Shown piece after piece: positions 1-6,991 of a stretch of DNA of 55,195 nucleotides (positions within the stretch are counted from its first letter, which is position 1; the number at the start of each line of letters is the position of its first letter). A program made the translations under genes and the position numbers. The DNA lies in the IMG/VR virus record IMGVR_UViG_3300037124_000033, positions 1 through 55,195 of that record; one strand, written 5' to 3'. This stretch comes from a virus. Taxonomy: Duplodnaviria > Caudoviricetes. Under the pieces are notes generated by a model that worked only from the letters and a program-made list of their open reading frames with translations, was not told where the DNA came from and made no database searches.

Positions 1-131
1 ATTTATCGTAGAGACCAGCTATCACTGCGGTCGTAGCAATATCATTGTCAGCTGTTTGTATCGAATCGTTCACACACTCAAGTGCTGTAATACCTGCACG
101 TGTCCACTCCTCCTTAGCCGCGCAATTCATC
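1..131. repeat. Terminal direct repeat, copy 1 (circular overlap with 55065-55195)
   Basis: 1-131 equals 55065-55195 except position 5 (A) vs 55069 (G); 6-131 is an exact 126-bp match. Confidence 0.97.
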
Positions 132-748
132 TGTCGCGGACAGTATCGACAAGCGTCATAGCTCGGGCCATACTGGTTTGGCTCGGCAACCTGCCCAATC
201 AACTCTTCTTGTAGCCGGTCAAGGTCTTCGTTACGAAACTTGTGGATACGAACCTCACCGATCCGCACCCAGACCTCTGCGCCAAGTATGTAACCACGAT
301 CTGGCATGCCATGCTCAGCACGCAATAGATAGGCGTAGCTACGAATTTGATTCGGATGTTCCGATGGCGACCAACCGAACTTCCAATCGAGCACGGCGTG
401 GCCGGTCACACTGACGAGATCCGATGTGCCGCGTAGAGTGATTTCGTCTGATAGATCGGCAGCCATATGGCATTCGCAGTTTGGGGTTGGATACCACTTT
501 GCAAGCTCTTCCCACGCCTCGCTAGCTCGCCGAGCCATGCCATCCAACACATCTGGGTCGACGCTATATCTGTCGGCTACTTGTTCAATCGTTGGGCCAG
601 TGCCAGTAACAGATCTCGGCATACATGCGTGGCCAGCTGTACCTTCAACCGCCTCTGGGTTATTCGGCGAATATGGCGCATCAGTTGGAATGAGGCTTCC
701 GGCACATTGTAGCGCACGGTCGGTCGAGCTGCATCTTATGGTGATCAT
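1..748 (-). CDS. Cas4-like PD-(D/E)XK exonuclease (DUF2800-like), 5' part; continues across the junction to 54715
   Basis: My translation from ATG 748: MITIRCSSTDRALQCAGS...EAVEGTAGH...ACRYCPRQMNC. One N-terminal Cys plus CxxCxxxxxC fits a Cas4/AddB Fe-S staple. In frame with the 54715..55194 ORF; about 365 aa in total. Confidence 0.8.
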   Translation of the reverse strand, partial: MITIRCSSTDRALQCAGSLIPTDAPYSPNNPEAVEGTAGHACMPRSVTGTGPTIEQVADRYSVDPDVLDGMARRASEAWEELAKWYPTPNCECHMAADLSDEITLRGTSDLVSVTGHAVLDWKFGWSPSEHPNQIRSYAYLLRAEHGMPDRGYILGAEVWVRIGEVRIHKFRNEDLDRLQEELIGQVAEPNQYGPSYDACRYCPRQMNCAAKEEWTRAGITALECVNDSIQTADNDIATTAVIAGLYDK

Positions 749-750
749 AA

Positions 751-951
751 TCAGTCCTCTATGCCTTCCACCTTGGTGCTCGCATGAGTTAGGAGTTCCA
801 TATAATCAAGAATATCCGTATCACCGTTATCCAAGCTTTGCTGTTCTGCCGCAGCGCATTCGTGGATGGTCTTAGCACCATTATAGTATTTATCATACTT
901 GGATGGATCAACATCAATAGTCATTGTCACAACGAATCTAAGCTTTGGCAT
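751..951 (-). CDS. Hypothetical protein (66 aa)
   Basis: AAGGA RBS; packed between the TasA-like and Cas4-like genes. Confidence 0.7.
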   Translation of the reverse strand: MPKLRFVVTMTIDVDPSKYDKYYNGAKTIHECAAAEQQSLDNGDTDILDYMELLTHASTKVEGIED

Positions 952-1882
952 TGTTGCTTTCCTTGTTGTTTAATGCGTGCCATTCTTCCCAGAGATCGCG
1001 GATCAAAAGTTTTTCCGTATAGCGCTTTGCTCTGTTGTGCGCATGGGCCTTAGTCATCTTCTTATCGCGCTTAAGCTCGTACGCTTTCCTCGTATCATAT
1101 ATGCGTCGATACTCACCAGCGTCTTCGCCCTTACCTTGGGATTTGATTATGCAGTCCCCCAGTGTCCACACAGCAGACCGCCTGGTTGGAGAATAGCCCA
1201 TCTCGATGGCGAGCTCTCTGTCAAGCGTCTTGCACTGTCGTTTGCCCCTAATGACTGCAAGCCCTAGCCGCTTCCACACTTTGGCTGGATTGGCGTACAG
1301 AGACAAGTCACCAGTCTCACCGATGATGCATGCCAGATTTGTGCGCCCAAACCCCTTTACAGTATCTACCCATGAGCAGACAGGAAGCTTGGCAGCGAGC
1401 TTTGTCATGTCCGCACGAAGCACTTTTTCCGAACGCTCGATTGTATCACGAGCGTTGAACATTGGCTTGCACCAAAGGTAAGCCTTGGTGGCACTGCCGT
1501 GATGGTGTTCAAGTTCCTCATGGCCACCAAGGCTTACATCGGCAGCAGCAATATGTTGGGAATCACTCTCCTGGTGGCTGCCAATACCTTTGTGAATCTT
1601 GCAGATCTTCTTATAGAGATCGTCCGCGCGTTTCAATCCCTTCTTGTCGTTCTTCCCCTTGACGTCGACAAACCTCCGACAGACAGCCTTGATACGATTC
1701 GTCAGTGCTGTTTTTATGCGGACTAGATCATTCCGCTGCGCTTTTAGCTCGCGCAACGTTTCGCAGATAGGACCGAGTCCGCCGGCATAATTGGTTTGGG
1801 TATCATTGGCAAGGTGGCCAACGGACTCGGATTGAGCAGACATTCCTTCCATGGGCCTCACTGGTTTTTTGGTCTTGCTCAT
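938..1882 (-). CDS. TasA-like Nop-domain RNA-guided DNA-binding protein (related to the IS110/IS116 C-terminal domain; no nuclease domain)
   Basis: Coiled coil (LRELKAQRNDLVRIKTALTNRI), then VKGFGRTNLACIIGETGDLSLYANPAKVWKRLGL and HAHNRAKRYTEKLLIRDLW. No N-terminal DEDD RuvC, no HNH, no IS110 catalytic SG loop. GAGGA RBS; TIGR-like units flank and interrupt it. Confidence 0.85.
   Translation of the reverse strand: MSKTKKPVRPMEGMSAQSESVGHLANDTQTNYAGGLGPICETLRELKAQRNDLVRIKTALTNRIKAVCRRFVDVKGKNDKKGLKRADDLYKKICKIHKGIGSHQESDSQHIAAADVSLGGHEELEHHHGSATKAYLWCKPMFNARDTIERSEKVLRADMTKLAAKLPVCSWVDTVKGFGRTNLACIIGETGDLSLYANPAKVWKRLGLAVIRGKRQCKTLDRELAIEMGYSPTRRSAVWTLGDCIIKSQGKGEDAGEYRRIYDTRKAYELKRDKKMTKAHAHNRAKRYTEKLLIRDLWEEWHALNNKESNNAKA
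1478..1537 (-). ncRNA. TIGR-like stem-loop guide unit 5 (inside the TasA-like CDS)
   Basis: GTAAGCCTTGGTGG-CCA-TGAGGAACT-TGAACACCA-TCACGGCAG-TG-CCACCAAGGCTTAC; perfect 15-bp stem; 60 nt = 20 codons. Confidence 0.87.
1538..1585 (-). ncRNA. TIGR-like stem-loop guide unit 4 (inside the TasA-like CDS)
   Basis: ATTGGCAG-CCA-CCAGGAGAG-TGATTCCCA-ACATATTGC-TG-CTGCCGAT; 48 nt = 16 codons. Confidence 0.85.
1773..1830 (-). ncRNA. TIGR-like stem-loop guide unit 3 (inside the TasA-like CDS, N-terminus)
   Basis: CCGAGTCCGTTGG-CCA-CCTTGCCAA-TGATACCCA-AACCAATTA-TG-CCGGCGGACTCGG; 14-bp stem with 2 G-U pairs. Confidence 0.85.
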
Positions 1883-1905
1883 ATCTTTCCTCGCTCGTAG
1901 TGGTT

Positions 1906-1953
1906 CTGGCAGGCACGGTCAGTTTGGTTAACAGAGCCGGTATGGCCTGCCAG
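1906..1953 (-). ncRNA. TIGR-like stem-loop guide unit 2 (intergenic)
   Basis: CTGGCAGG-CCA-TACCGGCTC-TGTTAACCA-AACTGACCG-TG-CCTGCCAG; 9-bp stem. Confidence 0.88.
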
Positions 1954-1957
1954 GAAT

Positions 1958-2003
1958 ATTGGAGCACGCCACGAATGGGTAACATCACCTCTTTGGCTCC
2001 AAT
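1958..2003 (-). ncRNA. TIGR-like stem-loop guide unit 1 (intergenic)
   Basis: ATTGGAG-CCA-AAGAGGTGA-TGTTACCCA-TTCGTGGCG-TG-CTCCAAT; 8-bp closing stem. Confidence 0.88.
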
Positions 2004-2527
2004 TACTTCGATACTTCCCTCATGAACCGCTTCAGATCCGTTTCGGTAAAAACTTCGGAAACAGGTCTATCGTCTGGCATGCCATCTGCGATGGCTGCTA
2101 GCCATTGCCCACGCCTTGCTTTGCTCTTAGCAACACGATCGTATGACGCTGCGGTCGCAAGCACATCGCCCTTCATGGCCGACCCAAGTGGTAATCCATC
2201 CAATAAACGGAAGTCCATCAATGAAGCCGCCGCATGCCTTAGCCGTTTACCTCGCTGGTCTTGTTGGATTGGCTTCTTCTCTTTCTTCTCTTTCTTCTTG
2301 CCATGCTCTTTGATTTTGATTGGGACATAGTCATCGATGGCTTGCTGACAAGCTTGGCGAAGGAACGGATCAGTCAATAGCCGCCAGAGTAGCTTGTCTT
2401 TGCGAGCGGCATCCTCAAGGAATGAGACCGCAGTTTGGCTATCTCTTGTCTTCTCTATTGCTTCTGAAACGGAGCGTTTCAGGAAGACCATGTTTGAGTT
2501 TTCAGTTGTACCATCCCGCATTGCCAT
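2003..2527 (-). CDS. Hypothetical protein directly upstream of the guide units (candidate Tas-associated protein)
   Basis: 174-aa basic, helical-looking ORF whose stop codon overlaps the first base of unit 1; start uncertain. Confidence 0.7.
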   Translation of the reverse strand: MAMRDGTTENSNMVFLKRSVSEAIEKTRDSQTAVSFLEDAARKDKLLWRLLTDPFLRQACQQAIDDYVPIKIKEHGKKKEKKEKKPIQQDQRGKRLRHAAASLMDFRLLDGLPLGSAMKGDVLATAASYDRVAKSKARRGQWLAAIADGMPDDRPVSEVFTETDLKRFMREVSK

Positions 2528-2539
2528 CTCACGGTAAAG

Positions 2540-2590
2540 CTGCTTGACTGGTGGTCGCCACTATAGCACCCAAGACCACCAGTCAGGCAG
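2540..2590. other. 17-bp inverted repeat/hairpin in the leader of the leftward operon
   Basis: CTGCTTGACTGGTGGTC (2540-2556) pairs with GACCACCAGTCAGGCAG (2574-2590), one non-Watson-Crick pair. Confidence 0.7.
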
Positions 2591-2656
2591 ACTTACTGCC
2601 ATTTCAAAAAACATGTGCACCTAATTCATCCTGACTCCTTTCGTCTCAATTTCAGA

Positions 2657-2794
2657 CACTGTGGCCCACCAGACATCTAGTGTCAAGCACAAAATTCGAC
2701 AGACACCATCTATATATACGTTCGTGCTAGCATGTAGTAGCTCTTTGTCTTTTTTTATTGGTGCTTGACAAACGAATCTAAGTGTGTCTAAATA
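2657..2794. promoter_or_regulatory. Divergent sigma70-type promoter region
   Basis: Leftward TTGACA-17-CACAGT (about 2686->2658); rightward TTGACA at 2765-2770 with TAAATA near 2789; separates the leftward TasA/recombination genes from the rightward HTH-ParB-helicase genes. Confidence 0.6.
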
Positions 2795-2813
2795 TGCACC
2801 ACAGGAGGATGAG

Positions 2814-3023
2814 ATGAGTCTGAAAAAAATGGGCGAGGCAGTCAGAAGCACTCGGGAGATGAGAAAACTCTCTATCAGAGAGTTAGCAAGGCGCGCGGAC
2901 ACAAATCCAAATACGATTCTCAATCTTGAAAAGACTGGAGAAGTCACAGTCAAGACGCTGCTGAAAGTGGCAAAAGCGCTGAAGGCCAAGGCAAGCGATT
3001 TCCTATACGTAGGTGAGAGGTGA
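2814..3023 (+). CDS. XRE/Cro-family HTH regulator
   Basis: LSIRELARRADTNPNTILNLEKTG..TLLKVAKALK; GGAGG RBS before ATG 2814. Confidence 0.9.
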   Translation: MSLKKMGEAVRSTREMRKLSIRELARRADTNPNTILNLEKTGEVTVKTLLKVAKALKAKASDFLYVGER

Positions 3024-3026
3024 ACG

Positions 3027-3995
3027 ATGGAAAAACGCAAGACAATGATCGTCAATCCAAAGGATCTCATCCCACCGAAGGGACACGTAATCGATCGGGA
3101 CCTCGTAAACTCGATCGCCGAGTCGATTCCGAAATGTGGCCTACGTCAGCCGATTGTCGTAGTTGGGCGCCACATCAAGCATGGTGTCCATCGCTGGGCG
3201 GCAGTGTGCGAACTCGGGCTCAACCGCGTCGAAGTGATCGTTGACGAAAAGGTCGAGACTGGTGAGGAGCACGACGCTCAGGTGATCGTCGAAAATCTCT
3301 GTCGGCGCCACTACAAGGGGTCAGAGTTGGATGCCATGCGAAAAAAGCTTGTGGACCTGTGGGCGCCTCAGATCGCCCAGGAGATGCAAGATTCGAAAAA
3401 ATCCCCTGACGGGGGGGAATCAGAATTAGAACCCAAGAAGTCTCCTGGGAGGAAGAAGACTCCAAAAGGAGAAGCTATTCGTCAGGTCGCAAAGCAAACA
3501 GGCGCGACGGAAAAAGCAGTACAGAGGTCCGTCGAGAAAACGAAGGCAGCCGAAGCCGGCGTCACTCCCAAGCAGCCCGACGATCCACCACCACCCGATG
3601 AGCCCGAGGCAACCATCGACGACTACGACAATGAAATCCCCGAGAGCGAGGGTGATCGGTGGGGCAAAACCAAGGCGCTGTTTTACGATATCAATACCAT
3701 AATGCGAGGCGTACAACTCAAGCTCACTGAGATCGAAAAACTCAACGGCATCCCGAAGTCAGTCGCGGCCGATCTCCACAAGCGCGCACAGCAATTCGCT
3801 GAGCTAGCCTGGAACTATCGCCCAGTAGCTCTGTGCGAGTGGTGCAACGGCACGGGCAAGAATCCAGGCAACACCAATGATTGCCCCCATTGTGTAGGGG
3901 TTGGATTCATTGCCGAGGTGAATTACGATCCACAAAAGAAGCCCGCTACAGCTGAGAAGGAGCCATCTTTTACCGAAGACGATTTGGATTGGTGA
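3027..3995 (+). CDS. ParB-N-domain protein with HTH and C-terminal CxxCxGxG zinc finger
   Basis: SIAESIPKCGLRQPIVV..IKHGVHRWAA, ENLCRRH, AIRQVAKQTGATEKAVQRS, CEWCNGTG..CPHCVGVG. Confidence 0.8.
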   Translation: MEKRKTMIVNPKDLIPPKGHVIDRDLVNSIAESIPKCGLRQPIVVVGRHIKHGVHRWAAVCELGLNRVEVIVDEKVETGEEHDAQVIVENLCRRHYKGSELDAMRKKLVDLWAPQIAQEMQDSKKSPDGGESELEPKKSPGRKKTPKGEAIRQVAKQTGATEKAVQRSVEKTKAAEAGVTPKQPDDPPPPDEPEATIDDYDNEIPESEGDRWGKTKALFYDINTIMRGVQLKLTEIEKLNGIPKSVAADLHKRAQQFAELAWNYRPVALCEWCNGTGKNPGNTNDCPHCVGVGFIAEVNYDPQKKPATAEKEPSFTEDDLDW

Positions 3996-4003
3996 GGTAA
4001 AGG

Positions 4004-4627
4004 ATGCACTTCGTAGAGGAGCTCAAGAAAATCAACGCGTGTGAAGACGCGATCGAATGGTGCGAGACACAGCCGGATCTAGAAACGGCTTGGCGTGTCT
4101 GTACACGCGGCGACTGGATGCTTTGGCTGGCTGGTAAGCTATCTGGTCCTCCTGGAGACGGTCGGAAACAACTGGTGGCGTGCGCGATGGAAGTAGCAAT
4201 GCTTGCTCGGCAGTATGCGTCGCCAGATGTACAGACGGCCATGGACCGGTGCGAGAGAGCGGTGTCTTCGTGGGCGGATGGGAGATGCACGTTTGAGGAT
4301 GTACGACGTGCCACGGCCTACATTGCCTACTATGACAACGCCGCCAACACTGCTAATATTTATGCCTACTACGCTGGCGATGCGAGCTACGTACCCAGCG
4401 CCGCCTACTACGCTGTTCGCGCCGTCTACTATGCTATCCGTACCGCCGTCGACACCATCTCTTTTGCCAACATCGCCTTCTCCGCCAATGCCAGCGCCTA
4501 CTATGTCGCTGCCAGCGCCTACGCAGCCGCAGACCACGACTATGCCGCAAAAACAAAAACTCTATCGCTAGCCGCTGACATCGTGCGCTGGCACTATCAA
4601 ATCAGTCCTGAATTTCCAGTGAGTTAA
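4004..4627 (+). CDS. Phage protein with Ala/Tyr-rich low-complexity C-terminus
   Basis: N-terminal ACEDAIEW..AWRVCTRGDWMLWL followed by a degenerate GCC/TAC codon tract at 4316-4546. Confidence 0.8.
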   Translation: MHFVEELKKINACEDAIEWCETQPDLETAWRVCTRGDWMLWLAGKLSGPPGDGRKQLVACAMEVAMLARQYASPDVQTAMDRCERAVSSWADGRCTFEDVRRATAYIAYYDNAANTANIYAYYAGDASYVPSAAYYAVRAVYYAIRTAVDTISFANIAFSANASAYYVAASAYAAADHDYAAKTKTLSLAADIVRWHYQISPEFPVS

Positions 4628-4643
4628 GCCAAGGTCGGCAACC

Positions 4644-6353
4644 ATGACCTCGCAAATCAATCTCTTCAATACATCTGCTGGCAAGCCTGAGCAGCTACCA
4701 GAGCCTGAGATTTTCCAACCATCTCAACAACTACGCGACTATCAGATCGAGGCGATCGAGGCGGTCGAAAAGGAGCTGCAAGAGAATCGAGGAACGCTCG
4801 TTCTGATTCCCACCGGCGGAGGCAAAACCCAAGTGGCATGCGAACTCATCCGCAGGTCCTCGGGTAGGTGTCTGTTCGTAGCACACCGTGACGAGCTTAT
4901 TCAGCAAGCTGCCAACCGCATCGAGCAATTTACCGGCGAGTGGCCTGACATCGAGCAGGCACAAGCAAAGGCCGATGCTCGAGGTGGTAAGCATGTAGTC
5001 GCGTCTATCCAAACACTCAGTCGTAGCAGACGTTTGGATAGATGGGATCCAGGTGAGTTTTCCCTCATCGTCATAGACGAGGCACACAGATCTATTGCGA
5101 AGACGTATAAAAAGATAATCAACTACTTCGAAGGGAAGATAATCGGGCTGACTGCAACCCCAGACCGACTAGACAAGGAGTCACTCGGTCAGGTGATGGA
5201 TTCAGTCGCGTACCGGTACGAAATCAACGACGCGATTCGGGATGGCTGGCTGTGCAACATCACCATGAAGACTATCCGAGTCGAGTCAATGGATTTTTCG
5301 AAGATCCACACCGTTGCCGGGGACTTCAACCAGGGCGAGCTAGAGCAGCTCATGCAGCTCGAACAGAATCTGCATGCGGTAGCCAAGCCAACTGTCGAGT
5401 GTGCGGGTGACCGAAAGACGATCGTATTCACAACGTCGGTTGCCCACGCCGAGCGCTTGGCCGAAATCATCGATAGGTATGCCGGCAAGCAAGCATCTAT
5501 GGTCATCCATGGCGGAACCCCAAAAGAAAAACGCAGACAGTTGCTCAGAGAATTCGACAAGGGGAAGTGGCAGTATTTCGTAAACGTGCAGATCGCAACA
5601 GAAGGATTCGACCAGCCAGACGTTTCATGTATAGTCGTCGGTCGTCCCACAAAGAGTCGCTCACTTCATTGCCAGATGATTGGGCGGGGGACTCGAGGTG
5701 GCGAGCGTTGTAGGGTTGGAGAAAAGAAAGATTGTCTTGTCCTAGACTTCGTCGGCAACTCCGGCAAACACGAGCTCGTTTGCACTGCCGATATCCTCGG
5801 CGGCAACGTCTCCCCCGAAGAACTCGAAGAGGCCAAGAAGCTGATCGAGAAGTCCGACAAGCCGAAGACAATAGACGAAGCCGTTGAAGAAGCCAAGGCC
5901 AAGATCGCACACGATCTGAGTGAATCCGCAAAGCGTCGACGGGCCAGTATCGTTGGCGACGTCGAGTACGACGTGAAGGACTTCAACCCCTTCACCATGT
6001 TTCGCGTCAAGCGGGATTACCTCAGCGAGAGGTATGGGATTGCTCCAGCTACAGAAAAGCAAATGCGGGCAATCGCTAAATGGATGGGCAAGCACGGAAA
6101 GCATGCTCCGGTGAATCTGTCGAAGCATGAGGCATCGAAGCTCCTCGCCGAGTTTGCTGGTCGACGAGAAAAGGGCCTAGCTACGTATGGACAGGTGAAA
6201 TTCCTTGCGACGAAAAAGCTAGACGCGCGCGGCTGGACCTTTCACCAGGCGAGTCAAGTGATTACGTGGTGCTCCAGGAATGGATGGAGAAATCCTCCGC
6301 CAAGTGTGGTAGCATCAATCACCAGAGGTCGAGAGCCAGGAGAAGAGGGATGA
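4644..6353 (+). CDS. Superfamily II DEAH helicase (ResIII/Irc3-like)
   Basis: LRDYQ, PTGGGKT, DEAH, TATP, TEGFDQP, QMIGRGTR motifs. Confidence 0.95.
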   Translation: MTSQINLFNTSAGKPEQLPEPEIFQPSQQLRDYQIEAIEAVEKELQENRGTLVLIPTGGGKTQVACELIRRSSGRCLFVAHRDELIQQAANRIEQFTGEWPDIEQAQAKADARGGKHVVASIQTLSRSRRLDRWDPGEFSLIVIDEAHRSIAKTYKKIINYFEGKIIGLTATPDRLDKESLGQVMDSVAYRYEINDAIRDGWLCNITMKTIRVESMDFSKIHTVAGDFNQGELEQLMQLEQNLHAVAKPTVECAGDRKTIVFTTSVAHAERLAEIIDRYAGKQASMVIHGGTPKEKRRQLLREFDKGKWQYFVNVQIATEGFDQPDVSCIVVGRPTKSRSLHCQMIGRGTRGGERCRVGEKKDCLVLDFVGNSGKHELVCTADILGGNVSPEELEEAKKLIEKSDKPKTIDEAVEEAKAKIAHDLSESAKRRRASIVGDVEYDVKDFNPFTMFRVKRDYLSERYGIAPATEKQMRAIAKWMGKHGKHAPVNLSKHEASKLLAEFAGRREKGLATYGQVKFLATKKLDARGWTFHQASQVITWCSRNGWRNPPPSVVASITRGREPGEEG

Positions 6354-6520
6354 GAAAGAAACGTAGATGCTGTATCTGTGGATCACTTCTCCCGCCATCA
6401 GCCCTCGTGAAAGTGGAGAACGTTCCGAGATCTCCGTATCACTTACATGGGGAGTATGTCTGCCGAAGTGAGAAGAAATGTGACAAGCGGCGAGAAGAAA
6501 ACGAAAGTGAAGAAGGGTAA
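6350..6520 (+). CDS. Small Cys-rich hypothetical protein
   Basis: ATGA overlap with the helicase stop; CCICG..C..C. Confidence 0.55.
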   Translation: MRKKRRCCICGSLLPPSALVKVENVPRSPYHLHGEYVCRSEKKCDKRREENESEEG

Positions 6521-6990
6521 TGCTTCCGCCCCGTACCAGAATTGGTTTTACCGGATCGCGTTTTGTACTCCTCAAGGAAGACCGTCACCGTCAGCAAAAA
6601 CAACGACTGATAGTTGATTCTAGATTGGACGAGTTAGTAAGCAGTGACGTAGGTATGGCGGTTGCGATTACAGGGGCATGTGTCGGAATCGATCAGTACA
6701 TTGCGGAGTACTTGCTATGTAAGCATCCAGATGTCAGACAAATAATAGTCGTACCAGGTGATGCAAAATTAGTAAGTGGACTTTTTCTGGATCGAATGCA
6801 GCAACATTCGTCTATCGTAACCATCTTGCATATGCCACCAGGATCGTCCTACAGAGATCGCAATAAAAGAATAGTTTTCTTGTCTGATATGGTAGAAGCT
6901 TTCTGGGATGGGCGAAAACGATCTGGTACACTCATGACGATTAACATTGCCAGAAAGGCTGGCAAGCTACAGAAAGTGACGATGATCTGA
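6520..6990 (+). CDS. SLOG/DprA-like Rossmann-fold protein
   Basis: IGFTGSR, ITGACVGID, RNKRIV..SD.VEAFWDG..SGT.MTINIA. Confidence 0.75.
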   Translation: MLPPRTRIGFTGSRFVLLKEDRHRQQKQRLIVDSRLDELVSSDVGMAVAITGACVGIDQYIAEYLLCKHPDVRQIIVVPGDAKLVSGLFLDRMQQHSSIVTILHMPPGSSYRDRNKRIVFLSDMVEAFWDGRKRSGTLMTINIARKAGKLQKVTMI

Positions 6991-6991
6991 T

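Noticed and set aside
1-131. Physical direct terminal repeat of the virion DNA
   Set aside because: It falls mid-gene and has the size of an assembly k-mer overlap; true ends need read data.
1831-1860. Sixth guide unit (CCCA-TGGAAGGAA-TG on the minus strand)
   Set aside because: The second CCA box and a closing stem are missing; chance match or relic.
938-1882. IS110/IS116 transposase or insertion sequence
   Set aside because: Only the C-terminal-like domain is present. There is no DEDD RuvC domain, no catalytic SG loop and no IS ends, and the gene is coupled into a phage operon with TIGR-like units.
1478-2003. CRISPR array
   Set aside because: No 23-47-nt direct repeats; the constant parts are only CCA/TG boxes around 9-nt variable segments; no cas1/cas2.
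2540-2590. Hairpin as another guide unit or an intrinsic terminator
   Set aside because: The 17-nt loop lacks the CCA-N9-TG geometry and there is no adjacent U-tract.
2527-2629. Genome-wide TAG recoding suggested by two in-frame TAG codons
   Set aside because: TAG is a normal stop elsewhere (14635, 31130, 42461 followed directly by ATG, 44600) and long genes are uninterrupted in code 11.
4316-4546. Complete diversity-generating retroelement
   Set aside because: No reverse transcriptase, Avd or template repeat is recognisable in the genome.
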